Assembly (NCBI GenBank): GCA_019695115.1
Contig: JAIBAP010000007.1
Span: 48,793-112,792 of the forward strand
DNA: 64,000 nucleotides
Direction of reading: 5' to 3'
Source of the DNA: Caldilineales bacterium
GTDB lineage: Bacteria > Chloroflexota > Anaerolineae > J102
The notes under the pieces were generated by a model. That model did not search any database and had not been told where the DNA came from. It saw nothing but the letters and a program-made list of their open reading frames with translations. How positions within the stretch are numbered: the stretch's first letter is position 1; every line of letters begins with the position of its first letter. Positions 9,157 to 18,094 of the stretch are shown in pieces. Both the position numbers and the translations under genes were made by a program.

Positions 9157-9573
9157 ATGAGCGACTCGTACATCCCGGCAGGGTTGCGGCGATTGGTGAT
9201 CGAACGGGCGGGGAATCGTTGCGAATATTGTCTCATGCCGGAAAGGTTCACCTTCGCCCGACACGAGATCGATCATGTTGTGGCTGTGAAACATGGCGGC
9301 AGAACTGCCGCGGACAACCTTGCGCTGTCGTGCACGCTATGCAACAAGCTCAAGGGGAGCGACATCAGCACTATCGATCCTGCAACCGGCTTGATGGCCC
9401 CTCTCTTTCATCCGCGCCTGAATCAATGGTCCGATCATTTTCGACTGGACGGCGCACGGATCGAGCCGCAGACCGCCACCGGGCGTGCAACCACCCGCCT
9501 GCTTCAATTCAATCGCGCGGATCGTATCGCCGAGCGCGAGTTGCTCATCTTGGCCGGGGTGCTGAGGCCGTAG
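9157..9573 (+). CDS. HNH endonuclease
   Basis: CEYC..(28 aa)..H EIDHVVAVKHGG ..N..LSCTLCNKLK is a canonical HNH motif with two CxxC zinc knuckles. The stop TAG is embedded in a palindromic repeat element. Confidence 0.75.
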   Translation: MSDSYIPAGLRRLVIERAGNRCEYCLMPERFTFARHEIDHVVAVKHGGRTAADNLALSCTLCNKLKGSDISTIDPATGLMAPLFHPRLNQWSDHFRLDGARIEPQTATGRATTRLLQFNRADRIAERELLILAGVLRP

Positions 9574-9619
9574 GTGCGACGCACGGCAACCTGCGGTTGC
9601 TTGGAGGTGCATCGCACCT
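9572..9619. repeat. MITE/REP-like palindromic element, copy 2
   Basis: aggtgcgacgcac...(21 nt)...aggtgcatcgcacct. It overlaps the HNH gene stop codon. Confidence 0.75.
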
Positions 9620-9630
9620 TTCTTTACGAG

Positions 9631-12354
9631 TTAGCGCTGCATCAGGGGCAGGTACAGGGGTGCGACCGGGCCGGCAATGCCGCCGGGGATGGTGAGCGTG
9701 GTCAGGCCGCCGCCTTCTTGCTGGCGCTGGGGAGCGCTGGCCGCCACGATGAAGCTGGCGGTAACGGCGGGGTTGTCGCCAGCCTGGATGTCGTACACGC
9801 CGTCATCCGCCGCCGACGTGTCGAGGAAGATCAGGAATTCACCGGTGGTAGCGTACTTGGGAATCGTGCCCAGGGCAACGCCGTTCACCGTCAGCTCTTT
9901 GGCCGGCCAGCCGGCGCCGCTGAGGGTGAGGATGCTGCCGCGCGCGCCGATGGTGTAGTTCAGCGACAATTGCGGTGGCAAGGGGCCAGCGCTCACATCC
10001 ATCGGGAGGGGGGTCTGCCGCATCGCGAACTGGCCCAGCGCGCCATACATGTTCCAGCCCCAGCACTTGGGCCGCCCGTTGCCGACCAGGGTGCAGGTAT
10101 GACTCCCCCCTGCCGCCACGGCCGTGACGCCGCTGCTCATGCCCATCACATCGTGGGGCGTCGAACTGTTGGCGACCGTGCCGTCGCCTAGCTCACCATA
10201 CCCATTGTAACCCCAGCACTTCACCCCGCCGCCAACCAGGGCGCAGGTGTGCCCACCATTTGCCGCCAACGCCGTAACCCCACTGGTCAAGCCAACGACA
10301 TCCACCGGTTTATCACGGCTCATGGTCGTGCCGTCGCCCAGTTCCCCAAGCAAGTTCCTTCCCCAGCATTTGACGCCGCCCGCACTGGTGAGGGCGCAAC
10401 TGTGATCGCCGCCCAGCGCCAGCGCCACGACGCCGCTCAAACCGATGACGTCCACCGGCGCTCTGCGATCCGTGGTCGTGCCATCGCCCGCCTGACCAAA
10501 ATAGTTGTTTCCCCAACACTTCACCCCACCGCCCGTCGTAAGGGCGCAGGTGTGCAGGCTTCCGCCCGCCACCGCCGCCACCCCGCTGGATAGACCCACC
10601 ACGTCCACCGGCTTGCGCCGCAACGGCGCCGTCGAGTCTTCGCCCAACTGCCCGTGCGTGTTCCTTCCCCAGCATTTGAGGCCACCACCGTCAGTGACGG
10701 CGCAGGAGTGGTTTCCGCCGGCCCCCACCGACTTCACGCCGCTGGTCAGTCCGAAGACATCGCCCGGCGTCAGGCTGGCGTCTATCTTGCCGTTGCCCAG
10801 TTCGCCGGTTCCGTTTTGGCCCCAACACTTGACCCCGCCAGCGTCGGTGACGGCGCAATTGTGAGCTCCGCCGGCGGCCAGGACTTTGACGCCGCTCAAC
10901 CTGGCCGCACAGCCGGCCGCGCCACCGGCGCACACATCCACCGGCATGGCAGAGTCGAGAGTCGTGCCATTGCCCAACGCGCCGCTCAAGTTCCATCCCC
11001 AGCACTTCACCCCGCCGCCATCGGTAAGAGCGCACGTATGCGAAGAGCCCCCCGCCAGCGCTGCCAGCCCACCCGTGAGGCCCATTACATCCACGGGCGC
11101 CGCCCGAACCTTGAACCAATCGACGCCCAGTTGGCCCCAGTAGTTTGCCCCCCAGCACTTGACCCCGCCGCTTCGCGTGAGGGCGCAGGCGTGCACCTGC
11201 CCCACTCCCAGCGCCACCGCATCGTTGCCCAGGCCCAACACATCCACGGGCGTTGAGTGGTTGGTGGCCGTGCCATCGCCCAATTGCCCGTAGGTGTTCA
11301 GCCCCCAGCATTTGACCCAGCCTTCGGTGGTGAGCGCGCAGATATGGCCGGGTTCATCGTTGAAGGCATCGCCGGTGGCGACCGCCGCCACGCCACTGCT
11401 CAGACCGATCACATCGACCGGCGTTTGGCTATCCGTGGTGGTGCCGTTGCCCAACTGCCCGAACTTGTTGAATCCCCAGCATTTCACGCCACCGCCCGTG
11501 GTCAGGACGCAAGTGTTGCGGCCGCCAGCGCTAACAGCAGCGATGCCGCTGCTCAGCCCGCTCACGTCCACCGGAGTGGTGCGGTCGGTGGTGGTGCCAT
11601 CGCCCAAGGCACCGTTCTCATTCCAGCCCCAGCACTTGACGGCGCCAGCGTTGGTGACGGCGCAACTATGCTTGTAGCCAGTCGACACGGCAATGACGCC
11701 GCTGCCCAAACCAGCGACGGCAGTGGGCTTGGTTCGCGTCACGTTGGTGCCATCGCCCACCTGGCCTTTCTCATTCGAGCCCCAGCAATAGGCGCCACCA
11801 TTGATCACGGCGCAAGCGTGGTACCCTCCTGCCGCCACCGCCGTAGCAGGCCCAGGCATATTGACCACACTTCTCGGCTTGTAAACTGTCTCCGAGGGCG
11901 GAACGCCGATGCCCAGTTGGCCAGAGTCGTTGTAGCCCCAGCACTTCAGGCTACCATCACCGAGAAGGGCACAGGAATGACCGCCACCGGCTACCACCGC
12001 CGTGATGGTATCGGAAGCAAGATCGGCCACGTCCTGAGGAACGTAGCGGTCTATGCCCATCCCGCCAGCACCATCGCCCACCTGCCCCACCCAGTCGTTG
12101 CCCCAGCACTTCACGGCGCCGCTGGTGGTGAGCACGCAGTTGTGGCCGGACCCCACCGAGAGCTTGGCAACGTTCAGCAGGGGCGGGACGGAGACGGTGT
12201 TCAGCCCGGATAGGGGAGTCTGGTCAGGTTCTTGGAGAGCGTTTTCGGGAACATCGGTCGATTGAGCGCTGGCGACCGGCGAGACGCACAGGCTCAGCGC
12301 CATCGCCAACGCCAACAACAAAGAAATGGCGGAAATACGTTGCGTTTTCATGGC
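9631..12354 (-). CDS. Secreted RCC1-repeat (regulator of chromosome condensation-like) beta-propeller protein
   Basis: Signal peptide MKTQRISAISLLLALAMALSLCVSPVASA, with the start at 12354. At least 14 tandem ~50-aa repeats follow the pattern GxxH(S/T)CALTxxGxVKCWGxNxxGQLGDGT, followed by a ~110-aa C-terminal domain. Confidence 0.85.
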   Translation of the reverse strand, partial: AMKTQRISAISLLLALAMALSLCVSPVASAQSTDVPENALQEPDQTPLSGLNTVSVPPLLNVAKLSVGSGHNCVLTTSGAVKCWGNDWVGQVGDGAGGMGIDRYVPQDVADLASDTITAVVAGGGHSCALLGDGSLKCWGYNDSGQLGIGVPPSETVYKPRSVVNMPGPATAVAAGGYHACAVINGGAYCWGSNEKGQVGDGTNVTRTKPTAVAGLGSGVIAVSTGYKHSCAVTNAGAVKCWGWNENGALGDGTTTDRTTPVDVSGLSSGIAAVSAGGRNTCVLTTGGGVKCWGFNKFGQLGNGTTTDSQTPVDVIGLSSGVAAVATGDAFNDEPGHICALTTEGWVKCWGLNTYGQLGDGTATNHSTPVDVLGLGNDAVALGVGQVHACALTRSGGVKCWGANYWGQLGVDWFKVRAAPVDVMGLTGGLAALAGGSSHTCALTDGGGVKCWGWNLSGALGNGTTLDSAMPVDVCAGGAAGCAARLSGVKVLAAGGAHNCAVTDAGGVKCWGQNGTGELGNGKIDASLTPGDVFGLTSGVKSVGAGGNHSCAVTDGGGLKCWGRNTHGQLGEDSTAPLRRKPVDVVGLSSGVAAVAGGSLHTCALTTGGGVKCWGNNYFGQAGDGTTTDRRAPVDVIGLSGVVALALGGDHSCALTSAGGVKCWGRNLLGELGDGTTMSRDKPVDVVGLTSGVTALAANGGHTCALVGGGVKCWGYNGYGELGDGTVANSSTPHDVMGMSSGVTAVAAGGSHTCTLVGNGRPKCWGWNMYGALGQFAMRQTPLPMDVSAGPLPPQLSLNYTIGARGSILTLSGAGWPAKELTVNGVALGTIPKYATTGEFLIFLDTSAADDGVYDIQAGDNPAVTASFIVAASAPQRQQEGGGLTTLTIPGGIAGPVAPLYLPLMQR

Positions 12355-12606
12355 TTTTCCTGCGCTGTGGCGGGCGCACCCGGCGGCTGCTGGAGCGAGC
12401 CGCATGCGTGGATGGGAGGCCGCTCAGACTTCGGGTTTTTACGGAAAACCCGAAGTCTCATTTGTTCCAGGGTAGCGCACGGGTATCAAAAAATCATCAA
12501 AAATCGCCGGGTGCGGCGCACCTCTTGTCTCCATTTGTGCGAGACTGCGTCGCCCCCAAACGACTCCTGCCCACCAGCCCCTCCCGCTTTGCACGACTAC
12601 CGCGTG

Positions 12607-12966
12607 CTACCTTTCGCTCTCCGCCAACAATCCGCTCATGTCCAGTGTCCGCTGGCTCCATGCCTGCGCGCCACGACTTAACTGTTGGCGCCAGGCCGGA
12701 TCAGAAAAGCGCTCCCCCAACTGCGCTCGCCACGTCACCAGGCCGCGCTGCAATTCCAAGAGCACGATCTGGGTTTCGAGATCGCAATCGGGCGCACACC
12801 ATTCGATCAAATGCGCCGCCTCGCGCACCAAAGACGCCACAGCCGCCAAATTCGCCTGGTTACGAGAGAATGAGGCAATGCGCGCCATATCAGCAGCCAG
12901 CCCACCCAAACGCATGGGGATCGGTTCGCGCATGTAGCGGGCGCGGATGTGCGCAAGGTCGTTCAT
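12607..12966 (-). CDS. Hypothetical protein (119 aa)
   Basis: Protein-like composition. Its start overlaps the upstream ORF stop by 4 nt (12963-12966), which suggests an operon. I recognise no domain. Confidence 0.35.
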   Translation of the reverse strand: MNDLAHIRARYMREPIPMRLGGLAADMARIASFSRNQANLAAVASLVREAAHLIEWCAPDCDLETQIVLLELQRGLVTWRAQLGERFSDPAWRQQLSRGAQAWSQRTLDMSGLLAESER

Positions 12967-13217
12967 TCTGCGGCAATTTCCCCCAGCAGACGCCAGACGA
13001 TCGCTTCGACCTGCGTGCCGATGATCGGATCGAGGATGATCATGCTGGCATTGCGCAAACGAGGACGTATATTGATCAGCGCTTCCAACTGCACTTCCTG
13101 GGTCTCCGGCAGCCAGTCAGCGCCCCAAACATCTTCCTGACGACTGCCATCGTCCAGTACCATGTGCGGCGTCGCTCGTTCGCGCACAATGTGCATGAGC
13201 ATGTCAGTCATGCCCAC
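12963..13217 (-). CDS. Hypothetical protein (~82 aa)
   Basis: Overlaps the downstream ORF by 4 nt. Start codons are a GTG at 13217 or an ATG at 13211. I recognise no domain. Confidence 0.35.
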   Translation of the reverse strand: MGMTDMLMHIVRERATPHMVLDDGSRQEDVWGADWLPETQEVQLEALINIRPRLRNASMIILDPIIGTQVEAIVWRLLGEIAAE

Positions 13218-13253
13218 ATTGTACCACGGCCCTCCACTCGCCCCGCACTCGAA

Positions 13254-13463
13254 TTATCTCCGATCTCCGAACTCTGAGGATTTGTCGCCCACCCCAAACC
13301 TGCGCACGAACTCCTCCACCCCCGCCCAATCCTGCACCGCTGCCCGCTCGCCGCTGGGCAGGTGCTCGATCCAGCCCCGCCAGCGCAGACCGGACTCGCT
13401 CCATTCCTGCCACAAGCGCAGGACGAACGTGTACGCGGCGGGAAGGGTGGGTGGTTGGGACAT
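13254..13463 (-). CDS. Hypothetical small protein (~69 aa, MSQPPTLPAAYTFVLRLWQEW...)
   Basis: Internal ATG at 13461-13463 of track ORF 13254..13691. The upstream portion of that ORF is Arg/Ala-rich and shadow-like. Trp-rich; I cannot place it in a family. Confidence 0.25.
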   Translation of the reverse strand: MSQPPTLPAAYTFVLRLWQEWSESGLRWRGWIEHLPSGERAAVQDWAGVEEFVRRFGVGDKSSEFGDRR

Positions 13464-13820
13464 GGCCGGGTGCAGCCTCGTGGCCGGACGAAAGCAGTGA
13501 CGTCCGGGGCCGAGGCGTCCGGCCCAGGCCCCGAACTTGTCCACACAGCACCCCGCAACGGGGCGGCGCCCTCTCGCCAGTGACGCCGGCGCCATGTCGA
13601 CGCCCAAAGCATCGCGCCGGAGAATCAAAAAATCATCAAAAGCGCCGGCGGCAAGCCTGTCGCCGGCGCGCGGCGCGCCGTTTGCGTCCATGCTCGTGCG
13701 CTGGCTGCATAGGGTCAGCGTCTTCGTCTGGCGCGAGATTGAACGGTCATCGGCGTTCGGCTATACTGGACGGGTCAAACCCTTGACTACTCGCATCCCC
13801 CAGCTCAAAGAGGAGCCACT

Positions 13821-15398
13821 GTGCCTTACAAGGTCTTTTTCGTCGAAGATGAGATCGTGGCCCGCGAAGGCATCCGCGACAACGTGGACTGGAAAGCCCA
13901 CGGCTTTGAGTTCTGTGGAGAAGCCCCCGACGGTGAGATGGCGCTGCCGCTGCTACAGGCGCTCAGACCCGATATCCTGATCACCGACATCCGCATGCCG
14001 TTCATGGATGGCCTGGAACTCAGCCGGATCGTCCGCGAGCGCCTGCCCAAGACCAAGGTCATCATCCTCAGCGGCCACGATGAGTTTGAGTACGCGCAGC
14101 AAGCGATCAAGCTGGGGGTATCGGAATATATGCTCAAACCGGTCTCGGTGCAGGACTTGCACCTGGTGTTGCAAAAGGTGGCAGCAGAACTGGACCGGGA
14201 GCGGATCGAGCAGGTGGCCTTGCAAAGGCTGCGCGAGCAGGCCGAGGAAAGCCGGGCCGCGCTCAAAGAGCGTTTTCTGCTCAGGCTACTCACCGGGGTC
14301 GCCTCTTCCGCCGAGGCCATCGAGAAAAGCGGGATGCTCGGCATCGACCTGATCGCCCGCTGTTACCTTGTCGTCCTGATCAGGATCGAACCTGCGCAAA
14401 GCGCGGAAACGTTCGACTTTCAGCGCTGCCAGCGTGTGCAGCAGATGCTGGCGGGCATGGTCGAGGACAATCCGGATGTCTTCTTGTTGACAAAGGATAT
14501 GGATGAGCTGGTGCTCCTGATGAAGGGGAACTCGGCCGAGAATCTGTATGAAGACAGAGAGCTGCTCATCGCGCGCGCCGGGCCCGAAGCGCGTCGTTAC
14601 GGCTGTGAGTTGATTGTCAGGTCGGGCGCGCCCCAGCAACGGATCACGGATATCCAGCGGTCTTTCGGCGAAGCGACTGATGGCATCCGATCCGCCTCCG
14701 GCTGGCACGGCGGCGCCTTCAGATTCGACAAGTCCGAGCTGCTCAAAGTCGGCAAGTCCGAGATCGAAGACTATCTGCGATCGGGAACAGTGGAGGGTTT
14801 GGATGCCTTGTTCGAAACCGTGGTGCATCCCTTGGGTGAAAATGCGCTCGGGTCGCCCGTCGTCAGGGCCGTCATCTTCACCGACATCGTCATGGCAGCC
14901 GCGAAGTTCGTGGATGAACTCGGCGGAGACGTTGGCGCCATGTTCCCGGAACTGGACAACCTGGAAACCGCTCTGACCAGCATCGGCGCCACAGAGCAGT
15001 TGCGGTCCGGCGCCCGTGACATCTTGAGCCGGGCGCTGGGGTTCAGAGACCGCCAGGTATCCAGCCAATACGCCGGCGTCATCAGGCAGGCGCAAGACTT
15101 TATCTCCCGCCGGTACATGGACCCCGAATTGTCTCTCAACAACGTGGCTGCCCAGGTAAACCTCAGCCCCTCCCATTTCAGCGCCATCTTTAGCCAGGAA
15201 ACCGGCCGTACGTTCAAGGAATACTTGACCGAAACCCGGATCAAAAGGGCCAAGGAAATGCTGCGGATGACGACGATGAAGGTGTTCGAGATCGGTTACC
15301 AGGTCGGATACAGCGACCCGCACTATTTCAGCCATGTTTTCCATAAATACACCGGTCTGACGCCCGTTGAGTTCAGGTTGCAGGCTCAGATAGGGTAG
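13821..15398 (+). CDS. Two-component response regulator, REC + AraC-type HTH (YesN-like)
   Basis: Receiver domain with D..DIRMP and K (FFVEDE...ILITDIRMPFMDG...LKP) and a C-terminal AraC HTH (LSPSHFSAIFSQETGRTFKEYL). GTG start with AGAGGAG 5 nt upstream. Confidence 0.9.
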   Translation: MPYKVFFVEDEIVAREGIRDNVDWKAHGFEFCGEAPDGEMALPLLQALRPDILITDIRMPFMDGLELSRIVRERLPKTKVIILSGHDEFEYAQQAIKLGVSEYMLKPVSVQDLHLVLQKVAAELDRERIEQVALQRLREQAEESRAALKERFLLRLLTGVASSAEAIEKSGMLGIDLIARCYLVVLIRIEPAQSAETFDFQRCQRVQQMLAGMVEDNPDVFLLTKDMDELVLLMKGNSAENLYEDRELLIARAGPEARRYGCELIVRSGAPQQRITDIQRSFGEATDGIRSASGWHGGAFRFDKSELLKVGKSEIEDYLRSGTVEGLDALFETVVHPLGENALGSPVVRAVIFTDIVMAAAKFVDELGGDVGAMFPELDNLETALTSIGATEQLRSGARDILSRALGFRDRQVSSQYAGVIRQAQDFISRRYMDPELSLNNVAAQVNLSPSHFSAIFSQETGRTFKEYLTETRIKRAKEMLRMTTMKVFEIGYQVGYSDPHYFSHVFHKYTGLTPVEFRLQAQIG

Positions 15399-15410
15399 CG
15401 AGGTGACACC

Positions 15411-16862
15411 ATGCCAATGTATCTGTCCGTGCGGACGAAAATCCTGCTTTCACTGTGCATCGTGATCTTGATCATGAGCGTCACCAATGTCGCCCTGGTG
15501 TTGCAGGTATTGAGCTACGGCCGCCAGTATGACGCCATCATCGCCAACATCACCACGGCCAACAGCATCAGCGGGCATATCAAACCTGAGATCGATACGG
15601 AAATGTGGCGGATCGTGGCCGGCAAGATCGACTTCGACGCCGGCAAACAGTACGACATCATCAACGATGTGAATGCCAAGGTGCAACAGATGACGGCCAA
15701 CACCACCTCGCCGCGGGCCAGGATCAAGCTAGAAGGAATCTTGAGGACCATGTTGACACTTACACAGGATGTCAACCGGATGGGCCAGCAGATCGCGGCC
15801 GGCAGCACTACGGCCGAGAATGAGGCAGTGTTGGAGGACATTCGCTTTGTCTCCGACGTGGTGGAACAGGTGGTGCAGGATTACGCCCTGTTCGAAGTGC
15901 AGCGAACCAGCAACCAGTATCAGCAAATCCGGGCCGGTTTCACACGTTGGGGCATCCTCTATTCCGTGCTGATGGCCGGCGCCATCGTCTTTTCGGTGCT
16001 GGCCGCCTGGCGTATTTCCAGAAGCATCTACATCCCGATTCAGAAGCTTCATGATATGACCAGCACCATCACCAAGAATGACTTGCAGGCGCTGGTGACG
16101 CACGACAACGTCGATGAGATCACCGAACTGGGCATCAGCTTCAATATCATGGTCGGCAGAATCAGAGATCTGCTCGATGCGAAGGTCAGGGAACAGGAGA
16201 ACCTGAAAAAAGCCGAGTTGCGGGCCTTGCAAGCGCAGATCAATCCCCACTTTCTCTATAACACGTTGGACGCCATCATTTGGATGGCAGAGTCGAAGCG
16301 AACGGACGATGTGATCGAGATCGTCAGGGCGTTGTCGAATTTCTTCAGGATCAGTCTCAGCAAGGGCAGAGATTGGATCACCATTGGCGAGGAAATCGAA
16401 CGAACCCGCAGCTATCTGACCATTCAGAAGATGCGTTATCACGATATTGTGGATTATCAGATCGAACAAGACGACGGCGTAGCAGGCTATAGCGTCCTGA
16501 AATTGATCCTGCAACCGTTGGTCGAGAATGCACTGTATCACGGTGTCAAGAACAAACGGCGGGGCGGAACGATCGTGGTGCGAGCCAAACCGTGGAACGA
16601 GAACGACATTCTGCTCCAGGTCGAGGACAACGGTATCGGCTTTACCCCGGAGAGGTTGGCGCACCTACAGGCGGAACTCAATGACGAATCCGGGGAAATC
16701 AAACTGGAAAGCGGGTTTGGCATAGGCAATGTCCACAAACGAATCCGCCTCTATTATGGCAAGCAGTACGGGGTTTCGATTCAGAGCGAGTATCAGGTAG
16801 GCACATGCGTATCGATCCTCATTCCAGCACGTTGCGGTGAAGTGGAAGGAGACGGCCCATGA
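15411..16862 (+). CDS. Sensor histidine kinase, LytS/YesM-type (TM-HAMP-His_kinase-HATPase)
   Basis: Two TM segments flank a ~150-aa extracytoplasmic loop. The LytS-type H-box INPHFLYNTLDAIIWMA and the HATPase_c motifs (ENALYHG, DNGIGF, GFGIGN) are present. Confidence 0.9.
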   Translation: MPMYLSVRTKILLSLCIVILIMSVTNVALVLQVLSYGRQYDAIIANITTANSISGHIKPEIDTEMWRIVAGKIDFDAGKQYDIINDVNAKVQQMTANTTSPRARIKLEGILRTMLTLTQDVNRMGQQIAAGSTTAENEAVLEDIRFVSDVVEQVVQDYALFEVQRTSNQYQQIRAGFTRWGILYSVLMAGAIVFSVLAAWRISRSIYIPIQKLHDMTSTITKNDLQALVTHDNVDEITELGISFNIMVGRIRDLLDAKVREQENLKKAELRALQAQINPHFLYNTLDAIIWMAESKRTDDVIEIVRALSNFFRISLSKGRDWITIGEEIERTRSYLTIQKMRYHDIVDYQIEQDDGVAGYSVLKLILQPLVENALYHGVKNKRRGGTIVVRAKPWNENDILLQVEDNGIGFTPERLAHLQAELNDESGEIKLESGFGIGNVHKRIRLYYGKQYGVSIQSEYQVGTCVSILIPARCGEVEGDGP

Positions 16863-17863
16863 AGCGGTGGCAACTCTTTGTTCGGCTGCTGATGGCCGCA
16901 ATGGTGATCGGTTTGGTAGGGTGCCAGGGCAGCGTCCCCGCTCCGCCCCCACAACCTGCTGCCACGATCGACGCCAAACCCAAGAAAACCTATGCCGACC
17001 TCATCGTTGGCTACGTGCAGCTCGGCGCCGAAAGCGAGTGGCGTTCCGCCAACACGGCTTCGGTCAAGGAGGCGGCGGAAGCGGCAGGGGTCGAGCTACG
17101 ATTCTCGGACGCGCAGCAGAAGCAGGAAAACCAAATCAAGGCCATCCGTTCGCTGATTGCCCAAAGGGTGGATGTGATCGGGGTGGCGCCGTTGACTGAG
17201 ACAGGCTGGACGGAAGTTTTTCAAGAAGCCAAGGATGCCGGCATTCCGATCATCCTCGTCGACCGTCGCGCCGATGTCGCACCCGACCTTTATGTAACAC
17301 TGATGGGGTCTGACTTTATGGAAGAAGGTCGCAAAGCTGCCCGCATTATGGCGGATCTGACTGGCGGCGAGGCCAACATTGTCGAACTGGTGGGTACGAT
17401 CGATTCTGCGCCCGCCAACGACCGCTATAAGGGTTTCAGAGAGGTGATGAAGGACTATCCGGGCATGAAGATCATCGCTTCGCGCAGCGGCGATTTCACC
17501 GTCGCCCAGGGCAGAGAAGTCATGGAAGCATTTTTGCAGGAGCATGGCGATGCCATTACTGCCGTCTATGCCCACAACGACGACATGGCGCTGGGAGCGA
17601 TCAAGGCGATCGAAGCGCACGGGCTACGACCGGGCATCGACATCAAGATCGTCTCGGTCGATGCAGCCCGTGGAGCCTTCGAGGCGATGGTCGCTGGCAA
17701 GTTGAACGCCACGGTTGAGTGCAATCCGTTGCTCGGCCCCGAGTTCATCGAGACAGCCTTGAAGGTGGTCAACGGTGAAACGGTGCCGAAGTGGCTGCCG
17801 TCCGAGGAAGGCGTCTTCTTCCCGGACGATGCCGCCGAGATCCTGCCCACGCGCACGTACTGA
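16859..17863 (+). CDS. YtfQ-like periplasmic sugar-binding lipoprotein (sensor-associated SBP)
   Basis: Lipoprotein signal MKRWQLFVRLLMAAMVIGLVGC. The segments QQKQENQIKAIRSLIAQ and AVYAHNDDMALGAIKAIEAHGLRPG match my recollection of E. coli YtfQ (galactofuranose-binding PBP1). Its start overlaps the kinase stop (ATGA). Confidence 0.85.
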   Translation: MKRWQLFVRLLMAAMVIGLVGCQGSVPAPPPQPAATIDAKPKKTYADLIVGYVQLGAESEWRSANTASVKEAAEAAGVELRFSDAQQKQENQIKAIRSLIAQRVDVIGVAPLTETGWTEVFQEAKDAGIPIILVDRRADVAPDLYVTLMGSDFMEEGRKAARIMADLTGGEANIVELVGTIDSAPANDRYKGFREVMKDYPGMKIIASRSGDFTVAQGREVMEAFLQEHGDAITAVYAHNDDMALGAIKAIEAHGLRPGIDIKIVSVDAARGAFEAMVAGKLNATVECNPLLGPEFIETALKVVNGETVPKWLPSEEGVFFPDDAAEILPTRTY

Positions 17864-17978
17864 GGGACATCGAAAAATAGTCAACTTCCAGCCAAAAAAC
17901 TTGTACGTTGTTGCGCCAGACGTGTTTTGTCGTGGTTGGATAGAACAAGAACCTCATCCTTCCCCCAAAGAAATATCA

Positions 17979-18007
17979 TTGACTCTCCGCACTCACAGGT
18001 ATAGTAT
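17979..18007 (+). promoter_or_regulatory. Sigma-70-like promoter for the SBP2-ABC transporter operon
   Basis: TTGACT with a 15-17 nt spacer and a TATAGT/TAGTAT -10 box, ~90 nt upstream of the SBP2 ATG. Confidence 0.45.
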
Positions 18008-18024
18008 CGGCAATAGTCGGCCGT

Positions 18025-18043
18025 ATTTCATCCCGGGTGAAAT
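18025..18043 (+). promoter_or_regulatory. Perfect palindrome ATTTCA-tcccggg-TGAAAT in the SBP2 5' leader
   Basis: 6-bp arms around a 7-bp palindromic core, between the putative promoter and the RBS. Candidate operator or RNA hairpin. Confidence 0.4.
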
Positions 18044-18094
18044 GCGCCTCGTCGAATAACCCAACAAGCCGAACCCACCGAAGGAGAGAATGAA

